From: Polyangiaceae bacterium
GTDB taxonomy: Bacteria; Myxococcota_A; Polyangia; Polyangiales; Polyangiaceae
Direction: 5' to 3'
NCBI GenBank assembly: GCA_965222375.1
Contig: CBDCTZ010000009.1
Coordinates: 96,001 to 160,000, forward strand
Length of the DNA: 64,000 nt
Both the position numbers and the translations under genes were made by a program. The stretch's first letter is position 1, and each line of letters begins with the position of its first letter. The notes under the pieces are model-generated. The model saw nothing but the letters and a program-made list of their open reading frames with translations, did not search any database and was not told the origin of the DNA. Positions 57,087-64,000 of this stretch are shown here, piece by piece.

Positions 57087-57660
57087 GGCGGCCAAGCCGC
57101 TGCGCTTGCCGCGAGAGCATGGGTTTTGGGTCATGCTCGCGGCGGTCTTGCTGGCCGCGCTGATCCGTACGGGCTTTGGCGTGACGGCGCTCTTGACCGC
57201 GGTCGTGGTGCTCGGGCTCAGCGTGCTGGGTGCGGCGGCGCTCGGTCGGCGCATTCGAGGGAGCGGTAACGCACAGGTGGGGAGCGCTCTAGCCCTGGCC
57301 TGGTTGGGGGCTCCGGTGGAGCTCGCGGCGGGCGGCAGCGCGACGGATGCGGCCGTCGTGGCCGCTACGTGGATGGGCGTGTTCGTTTCGAGCGCAACCT
57401 GCGTCCGCGCCGCGTTCAGCCGTGCGAAAGGCGAACTCGCGCGTTGCCGCGTGTTGGTCGCCATCTCTGTCGCGACGCCCGCGGCCCTCGGCGTCGGCTT
57501 CCTCGTCTCGGGCGAGCGCAGCGCAGCTCTGGCATCCTTGGTCGCAGCCTTGGGCGCCCTCGTGCTCGGCGTGTGGGCACCCGGAGTGAAACAGCTCAAA
57601 CGCGTTGGCCTCAGCCTCGCCCTGGTCGCGCTGCTGGCGATGCTCGCGCTAACGCTCTAG
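57079..57660 (+). CDS. YwiC-like membrane protein
   Basis: LPREHGFWVML N-terminal motif and KRVG near the C-terminus; overlaps the radical SAM stop. Confidence 0.7.
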   Translation: MPRAAKPLRLPREHGFWVMLAAVLLAALIRTGFGVTALLTAVVVLGLSVLGAAALGRRIRGSGNAQVGSALALAWLGAPVELAAGGSATDAAVVAATWMGVFVSSATCVRAAFSRAKGELARCRVLVAISVATPAALGVGFLVSGERSAALASLVAALGALVLGVWAPGVKQLKRVGLSLALVALLAMLALTL

Positions 57661-57943
57661 CGCCGACGGGTGCACGATCCCAAGGCTTCCCGTGGCCTCC
57701 TGTGTCGCCTCGGGAGCGTGAATAGGAAGCCGGGAAGGCCGAGAGGGTATGAGGGTTTGGGTCTGTTCGGATTTCGCGCTCTCCGTAACGTCGGCCAGAT
57801 CACGTTCTGTTCGACCCCGGTGCGGGAGTGGTGGGAAACCGTGGTGCGGGCCCCCGGGGCGACCGTCTGGTGCGCGGCCGCCGCGGACGGGTAGCTCGCG
57901 ACCGAGTGGAAACACGCGCGTGGCCACGAGGGACGCGCGCGTA

Positions 57944-58651
57944 TCAGTCCGCGACTTCTTCACTGCGGCCAGCGGCGCGGCGCAGTTTTTCTAGGTCGTC
58001 GATCCGGAAGCCGTCTGACAAAGTCGCGACGAGGCCCTCGCGCTCCCAGCGACTCATGGTCCGGATGGTGGTTTCCAAGGTGGTCGCGACCAAGTCCGCC
58101 AGCTCCCGACGCGACAGCGCTAGCGGCACGTGACTCGTTCCGTCGTCGAAGTCGTCGCCCAGTTTTTCGTACAGCTCCAAGATGAGCGTTGCCAAGCGCG
58201 CTTCCACCGTGCCTGCACTGAGCACATCAATCTTGCCGTGTAGCGCGGCGAGCTTGTCGGCCATGCCGCACGCCAAGCTCATGCCCAATTCGGGCTGACG
58301 TTCGAGACAGCGCCGAACCTGGTCCCCGGGCGCTTCAATCACCGACACCGTGTCCGTTGCTGCGATGGCGTCCGCGGGGTAGGGGATGTTGCGGACGAAG
58401 GCCACGTCACCGATGCTCTCGCCGGGCCCGAAGATCCCGCAGATGGTCGAGCGCCCCTTTGGCGCCGGGCGCACGACCTTCACCAGACCATGCGCCACCA
58501 CCACCAGGCCTTTGGGCGCATCCCCTGCGTGCCAGATGGCATCTCCCCGGTTGAAGGCCCGCGTTGCGACGGTCCGCGTCAGCTGCGCCAAGGCGACAGG
58601 GTCGATGCCCGAGAGGGCCTTGGTGCGCGCAAGGATGTGGGTTTCGCTCAT
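57944..58651 (-). CDS. Crp/Fnr-family transcriptional regulator (no FNR N-terminal Cys cluster; DNR/NnrR/HcpR-like)
   Basis: GLVKV, GPGESIGD, YPADA, VEARLA, LSRRELADLVATTLETTIR. Confidence 0.9.
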   Translation of the reverse strand: MSETHILARTKALSGIDPVALAQLTRTVATRAFNRGDAIWHAGDAPKGLVVVAHGLVKVVRPAPKGRSTICGIFGPGESIGDVAFVRNIPYPADAIAATDTVSVIEAPGDQVRRCLERQPELGMSLACGMADKLAALHGKIDVLSAGTVEARLATLILELYEKLGDDFDDGTSHVPLALSRRELADLVATTLETTIRTMSRWEREGLVATLSDGFRIDDLEKLRRAAGRSEEVAD

Positions 58652-58689
58652 CGGGCCGCACCCAGATTAGCAAGCCGCGTTCCCGCCGG

Positions 58690-58703
58690 GTGATGTTCGT
58701 CAA
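58690..58703. promoter_or_regulatory. FNR/DNR-like box upstream of the Crp/Fnr gene
   Basis: GTGAT-GTTC-GTCAA versus TTGAT-N4-ATCAA (8/10), about 40 nt upstream of the ATG. Confidence 0.45.
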
Positions 58704-59061
58704 ATGCGCGAAATCATCTTAACTTGGGGAGGGCTATGGCGCATATTCTGCGCGGACGGGCATGGGGGTGCACAGGTTGCGGCCTTGCGGGGGCCGCGTC
58801 GGAGGCCGACTACCGAAATTGGCGGGGCGCAGCGGGCAGGGTGCGCCGCTTGGCGCACGGGTGCGCTGCTCTCGCATGGGGAATGGCCGATTGCTGGTAG
58901 TGACGCCTCCGTGTCAGGTGATCGCCCCGATCCCAAGTGCTTGCGCTTTCGAAACGTGCACGCCGATGCCAATATCTCTCTTCACGCGTCCAGACTTCTG
59001 CCCCGCGCCAACTCCTGCGCATCTACTTCGGTCGCGATCCAGGGTTGGCAGGGCGCCCGCG

Positions 59062-60459
59062 TCACAAACAGCCGAATATCGTCTCGAGCTTTGCTGCGGG
59101 ATCGGCTTTGGCGGTATCGCAGGCGGCGGCGCAGAGCTTGACCTTGCCGGCCTCGACGTAGATCTGCTTGCCGGTGCATGCGGCGGCGCTGGCAACTTGA
59201 GGCCAGATCTCGGGAGCGCCGCCTCCGCTCGGCGTGATCAGGAATTGAATCGATCCGGGGTCGATGTTCGAGCCCGCCGGTGGAGGCGGCAGATCGAGCT
59301 GACAAAAGACAGTAGCGTGGTTCTCGATCCGTTTCGCCATATGACCGAAAACAGCGGCGTAGCCTGCGGTGTCGCAGATCGGATAGCGCCATCCACCGGT
59401 AATCTTGCTCAGCCGCTGGTAGCCGGTGCCGGCATTCACGGCGCTCCCACACTTGCCGCTGGCCATGGGCTCCGTTGGGCTCCAGTGGTCTGTCGTCAAC
59501 GCGGGGTTCGCGGGTACGCCAATCAGAGAGTACCAGGCGTAGTTTCGAGCGGCGCCGGTGCCAAACTGTGATGGGTCTCTGGCCAAGAGGTCCTTGTCGA
59601 ACTTGTCCCCGGCAACCAATCCGCCGGCCTCGGTGTTGAGATCGTCGTAGCTCCAGCTGCCGGTAGTGCAGGTCACCCGATCATCGGTAACTTCGACGAA
59701 GGTCTTGAACGAACCCTTGCGCAGCCACTGACTCCACCCGTTGGGCGCCAAGTTGTAGCGATCGGGCTTATCGTACGAGTCGAGCAACTTGCACCAGGAA
59801 TCCACGCTGCCGATTTCTCCGTTGTCGTAGTGGTAGAAGATCGGCGGGTTGCTGGTCGGCGCGGTGTTGGCTAGGGCCGGGCAGGCGCCACCTCCGACCG
59901 GGGGCGGCACGCAGATGCTCCTGTCCTGTATGGGTCCGTGTTCGGAGATCATCACGAGGCGATAGTCGACGTTGGCAGCCGCCAAGTCCTGCGTGAAGCC
60001 CAAAATACTGCTCTCGATCGACAAGATTTCCTTGTCCATGCTGCAGGAGTTGTCGACGATGAACACCACGTCCACGGGTGTTCGTTCCCAAGCGGCGGGC
60101 CGCACCTGCTGCCCGCAGGTATTGCCGCCCCCCGTGCCACCACCATCCTGACCTCCACTTGCGCCTCCGCTACCAGCGCTGCCATCCGCCCCGCCGCTCC
60201 CGCCGGTGGCCGCGCCCCCCGCGCCACCGGTGCCACCTGTGGCACCCGTGCAGTCGCACGCGCCCCACGTTCCGTCAGCGCCGCAGGCTTGGCCGCCGTT
60301 GCACGCTCCGGGGCCGACGCAGGTGCGCGTGTCGTTGGGCGCGCAGTCCTTCTTGTCGCCACCGCTCGAGTCGTCGCCACCGCAATTGGCGATGAACGCT
60401 GCACTGACCAAAAGGAGAGACCACGTGACCCACCGCACAAGTCGACTTGCCGAACTCAT
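59062..60459 (-). CDS. Cys-rich vWA-domain lipoprotein (myxobacterial type)
   Basis: IANC lipobox, Gly-rich linker, VDVVFIVDNSCSM MIDAS motif, VTDD, C-terminal LCAAAC..FGC. Confidence 0.8.
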   Translation of the reverse strand: MSSASRLVRWVTWSLLLVSAAFIANCGGDDSSGGDKKDCAPNDTRTCVGPGACNGGQACGADGTWGACDCTGATGGTGGAGGAATGGSGGADGSAGSGGASGGQDGGGTGGGNTCGQQVRPAAWERTPVDVVFIVDNSCSMDKEILSIESSILGFTQDLAAANVDYRLVMISEHGPIQDRSICVPPPVGGGACPALANTAPTSNPPIFYHYDNGEIGSVDSWCKLLDSYDKPDRYNLAPNGWSQWLRKGSFKTFVEVTDDRVTCTTGSWSYDDLNTEAGGLVAGDKFDKDLLARDPSQFGTGAARNYAWYSLIGVPANPALTTDHWSPTEPMASGKCGSAVNAGTGYQRLSKITGGWRYPICDTAGYAAVFGHMAKRIENHATVFCQLDLPPPPAGSNIDPGSIQFLITPSGGGAPEIWPQVASAAACTGKQIYVEAGKVKLCAAACDTAKADPAAKLETIFGCL

Positions 60460-60785
60460 CACTGCATCCTCCGCTGCTGCCCTGCCAGAAAACCCCGCGA
60501 TCATAGCCGGAATGAGTGCGTGGGTGCCGACCAATGTCGACCATCAGCAAATCAGGTGGGTGGCTTGCGCACATGACGTTGCGTGCGATCTGGCGCCTCC
60601 GGTTGCGGCGGGTCACTGGAGACGTCATATGCGACACGAATGCGACAACGCGCCGCAATCACTGGAGTGGACAACGGGACGGGTGGTTACGAGGAGCCAC
60701 AAATTCGGCAAGTCCCAACCAACAAATGCGAGTGAACGGGTTGCCGGTGGCGGGACTGCGACCGGGCTGGGGTAGACTGCGCGGC

Positions 60786-61814
60786 ATGGCCGCAGGCTCA
60801 AAACTCCGCGTTGGGGTGCTCGGTGCGGGCGCGGTGGGTTGCTACGTGGGTGGCAAGCTCGTCGGGGCGCGGGGGGTGGAGGTCGTGTTCATCGGGCGGC
60901 CACGGCTGCAGGCGGAGGTCAGGGAGTTCGGACTGACGCTGACGGATCTGGCGGGCGAGGAGGTTCGCGTACCGGTCTCGGAGATCGTTTTCGAGACGTC
61001 GCCGGAAGCGCTTTCGGGCTGCGACGTGGTCTTGTGTTGCGTCAAGAGTGGCCACACGGCGGAAGTCGCCGAATCGGTTCGATCCATTCTGGCACCGGGC
61101 GCCCTGGTGGCGAGTCTGCAAAACGGGGTGAGCAATGCGCGCGTGCTCCGGGAGCACCTCGGCGAGCAGACGGTGCTCGCTGGCATCGTGGCGTTCAATG
61201 TGGTGCCGCATGGGCGGGGGCGCTTCGAGCAGACCACCAAGGGGGGGCTATTGCTGCAGGCGTCGGAGCGTGCCCAACTGCAAGGGCTGGTGACAGCGTG
61301 CAAACAAAGTGGGGTTGGGGTTTCCGTGCACTCGGACATCGAGCGGCATCAGTGGAGCAAGCTGCTGGTCAATCTGAACAATGCGGTAAGCGCGCTCTCG
61401 GATGTGCCGACGCAGCAAATGGTGTTGTCAGAGCGGTATCGGCGGGTCATTGCCTCACTGATGGAGGAGGGCCTCCGGGTGTTGAAAGGGGCGGGCGTCA
61501 GTCCGGCGCCGCTCCGGGGCTTGCCGCTGGAGCTGCTGCCGCGGTTGCTACGCATGCCGACGCCGGTGGTGCGGGTGGTGGCGCGGGCGCAGCTCGGGGC
61601 GAATCCGGAGGCCCGCTCCAGCATGTGGGAAGATCTGAATCGCGGGCGAAAGACGGAAGTGGAGTTCCTCAATGGTGAGATCGTACGGGTCGCGCGCAAG
61701 CACGGGACGCAAGCGCCGCTGAATCAACGCATGGTCGAGTTGGTGCAACAGGCCGAGGGCGCGGGGAAGGGTTCACCCAAGTTGGCGGCGGAGGTGTTGC
61801 TTCGGGTGGGGTAG
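60786..61814 (+). CDS. panE: 2-dehydropantoate 2-reductase (ketopantoate reductase family)
   Basis: GAGAVG, CVKS, LQNGV, WSKLLVN, SSMWEDL..KTEVEFLNG. Confidence 0.88.
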   Translation: MAAGSKLRVGVLGAGAVGCYVGGKLVGARGVEVVFIGRPRLQAEVREFGLTLTDLAGEEVRVPVSEIVFETSPEALSGCDVVLCCVKSGHTAEVAESVRSILAPGALVASLQNGVSNARVLREHLGEQTVLAGIVAFNVVPHGRGRFEQTTKGGLLLQASERAQLQGLVTACKQSGVGVSVHSDIERHQWSKLLVNLNNAVSALSDVPTQQMVLSERYRRVIASLMEEGLRVLKGAGVSPAPLRGLPLELLPRLLRMPTPVVRVVARAQLGANPEARSSMWEDLNRGRKTEVEFLNGEIVRVARKHGTQAPLNQRMVELVQQAEGAGKGSPKLAAEVLLRVG

Positions 61815-61850
61815 CGCCAGCGGGAACAACACGCTGCCGCCTCGAATCCG

Positions 61851-62522
61851 TCAACACACCGCCTTGCACCCGGCATCGCTGCCGCAGCTGACGCAAGGGA
61901 ACCAGTCGCAGCTGATCTTGGAGCAGAATTGCCAACTGTCGGGGCCGCAGCATTGGTAGTTGGCGCCCTGCTGCCAAGAACACTTGGCGCCGGTTTTCAA
62001 TTGGCATGGCGACCAAGTGCAAAAGAGGGTGCAGCGCACCTCTTCGCAGGGATCGCTGCAGGAAGCGCCGACGGCGCCGGGCTCGCAGACGCCTTGGTTC
62101 TCGCAGCTGATGGCGCCCCATTGCCCGTTGATGTCGCAGGTTTGCACTCGCGTGCCGCATTTGGCGCAGCTGCCCAGGACTTGCTTCTGACCGAAGGTGC
62201 ATACGCCGCCGCCCCCCACGCCGCCGCTGGCCCCCGCTCCGACGCCGCCGGTCGCACCGACGCCGCCGCTACCGCCAGCGCCGCTACCTGATGCGCCAGA
62301 CGCACCGGCGAAGGCGCCGGCTCCTCCCGCGCCGCCGCCACTCGATCCTGCCGCGAGTCCCACTCCCGCAGAGCCCGACGATCCCGCATCCTGTCCGGTG
62401 GCCCCCTGGCCCGCGCTCGCTCCAGTGGCGCTGCCCGCATCGCGGCCCTGTTCCTCCAGCGGCGCCAGCTCGAAGGTGCAAGCCACCACGCTCAGGGATG
62501 GGAGTAGCCATCTGACGTGCAT
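61851..62522 (-). CDS. Gly-rich, Cys-rich lipoprotein of unknown function
   Basis: VVAC lipobox, Gly/Ala linker, C-terminal domain with many Cys and Trp. Confidence 0.7.
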   Translation of the reverse strand: MHVRWLLPSLSVVACTFELAPLEEQGRDAGSATGASAGQGATGQDAGSSGSAGVGLAAGSSGGGAGGAGAFAGASGASGSGAGGSGGVGATGGVGAGASGGVGGGGVCTFGQKQVLGSCAKCGTRVQTCDINGQWGAISCENQGVCEPGAVGASCSDPCEEVRCTLFCTWSPCQLKTGAKCSWQQGANYQCCGPDSWQFCSKISCDWFPCVSCGSDAGCKAVC

Positions 62523-62705
62523 GCAAGGTCTCCGGCGCAAGTCGCCGCCCGGGGAAAATCTAGCACGGACCTCAGCTGGAGACAGAATGCCGAGAGAACT
62601 GGCCCCGTGAGAGCGCTGGATCGCGTGGCGCGCTCGATGTGGTCATCGTCAACCCTAGCCAGTGCCGGCGCGTGGGCGACAAGTGCCGATCGCTAGCCTG
62701 GGCTT

Positions 62706-62733
62706 TTGTCGGGGCGGGCAGATTCGAACTGCC
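62706..62733 (-). mobile_element. tRNA-Pro-like 3' fragment, candidate att site of an integrated element
   Basis: Minus strand reads GGCAG-TTCGAAT-CTGCC-CGCCCCG-A-CAA (T arm plus acceptor 3' strand); no anticodon or D arm upstream. Confidence 0.65.
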
Positions 62734-62990
62734 TCCGCGAAAACCGCGGTCGATCACGCGCAACATGAATGATCTCGCGGTGGTGGCGGTCTGCTCGTCA
62801 CGACGGAACCCGACGTAGGCGGACATGAAAGGGCGGGGTGGGTGGTAATATGTTGGTAATGGGAGCAAACGGAGGTGGCGGCATGCGGCGTGAAACACTC
62901 GAATAGCAAACCGCCTTCTCGCCTTGTTGAAAACCCTAGCCGGAGTTCCTGCTGGAGAGCTTGCCGGTGTCTGCAGCACTGCACTCGCCG

Positions 62991-63329
62991 CTACTCATCC
63001 CATTCCAGTTTGGCACGTAGTTTGGTGGCGATAGTTTCCGCGAACGCTCTGACCACCGCATGTTGTCCGTCCGCTGCCCATATATCTAGTTCCCCGCTGT
63101 CCTCAAAGTCCTCGGTGGGCTTTATCACCCCGATACCACTGGGTTTCCCGCCGATCACTATCTTCACTTCGCCTGCAACGGGCTCGTAAACGCCAAGTTC
63201 ACCTCCTCGGAACACGTTCTCAAACGTTATCGTGGGTGCCGGGGCAAGCTCATCTGTCTCGGACACCAGCCTCAGCCATTCATCGAGGGTGATGATTGGT
63301 TCTCTGCTGATGATGCCAACCAAAGCCAT
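62991..63329 (-). CDS. Hypothetical acidic protein, atypical codon usage
   Basis: ATG after AGGA; 112-aa globular-looking ORF, visibly more AT-rich than core genes. Confidence 0.6.
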   Translation of the reverse strand: MALVGIISREPIITLDEWLRLVSETDELAPAPTITFENVFRGGELGVYEPVAGEVKIVIGGKPSGIGVIKPTEDFEDSGELDIWAADGQHAVVRAFAETIATKLRAKLEWDE

Positions 63330-63467
63330 ACCGTTATCCTACCACCTTGCTCCAACGACAATCGGCCCTCACAGTCCCGCGTCATTGCGCGGCTCCCTTC
63401 TTCCTCGGCGCCGGCTTCGGCGGTTCGCGGGGTTGGTGTGCGTCCACCACCCTCGCCAGAAGGTAGC

Positions 63468-63983
63468 TCACTTCTTCTGCTGCTGCCTCGGCTGCGGATG
63501 TGCCTTGGTGCAGGCCTCGAGCTTTTCGAGCTGCGTGCACGTGTCGTACGCCGCCGACAGCCTGCCTGCTGGGACGCCGTTTATGAACTTGGTGACATCA
63601 TCTGGCGATGGCTTGTCAGCGAAGGCTCGGTACCATTCGAAGCCGGCGCCCTGCCCATACGCTCGGGGTGCGCCCCAGTGGCGACCATTGACACCCGACA
63701 CCACCATTAGGAGATACTTATCCCGGCCGGTACGGCTGATGCGGACCCAAAGCCCCGCGTCCTGAAGTTCCGATTGTACGCTTGGCCAGAAGAAGGCGCC
63801 GTACGAGTGCACGCGCGCCCCAGCAAACTCGGTCTCATCTACGACCGCGCGAACCTGCGCATCCTCGACGCAAAGCGGCGGCTTCGAACACTCAGACCGC
63901 ACGAAATGAGCGACACAGAGCGCGATGGTCAGTCCCGCGATCGAAGCTCCAACAGCCACGAGAATTGCGAGTCGACGATTCAC
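63468..63983 (-). CDS. Hypothetical membrane-anchored protein
   Basis: N-terminal hydrophobic helix and 171-aa ORF; no recognisable motif. Confidence 0.45.
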   Translation of the reverse strand: MNRRLAILVAVGASIAGLTIALCVAHFVRSECSKPPLCVEDAQVRAVVDETEFAGARVHSYGAFFWPSVQSELQDAGLWVRISRTGRDKYLLMVVSGVNGRHWGAPRAYGQGAGFEWYRAFADKPSPDDVTKFINGVPAGRLSAAYDTCTQLEKLEACTKAHPQPRQQQKK

Positions 63984-64000
63984 TTTGCGCGCGGCGCTTT

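Noticed and set aside
57670..57963. Small ORFs between ywiC-like and crp/fnr
   Set aside because: No RBS, motif or consistent codon bias.

Overview
High-GC myxobacterial DNA, most likely Polyangiales/Sorangiineae. This is inferred from the Glt gliding genes, a MYXO-CTERM protein, an FHA-sigma54 activator and Cys-rich lipoproteins. (1) 1-16.3 kb is the distal part of a gliding-motility cluster: gltE-like, gltF, gltG, a TPR lipoprotein and a 3782-aa gltI/agmK. (2) 16.4-42.3 kb is mostly core genes: beta-barrel, sigma54 activator, PEGA/TPR, amidase, NUDIX, dksA, uvrA, two FGE-domain proteins, two CAU-anticodon tRNAs, zinc-ribbon protein, Ser/Thr kinase, PrkA, APC permease, TonB-C protein, S8/FG-GAP/MYXO-CTERM protein, REC-XRE regulator and HD hydrolase. 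(3) 42.3-46.3 kb holds a DUF222-like HNH gene, IS4/IS50-like fragments, a selD split by an in-frame TGA that is almost certainly selenocysteine (SECIS hairpin present), and a 77-bp hairpin direct repeat. (4) 46.3-58.7 kb is the most interesting part, a putative nitric-oxide respiration island. Its heme-copper subunit I has His-Pro-Ser-Gln-Gln in place of His-x3-Tyr (eNOR-type). It comes with a CuA subunit II, small subunits, SCO, a degenerate subunit-I paralogue and a Rieske-less cytochrome b/ferredoxin/MvhD fusion overlapping tryptophanase. Rrf2, Crp/Fnr, cytochrome c, radical SAM and YwiC-like genes flank it. (5) Near 62.7 kb a tRNA-Pro-like 3' fragment probably marks the boundary of an integrated element. 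All calls come from motif recognition by eye; no database searches were run.
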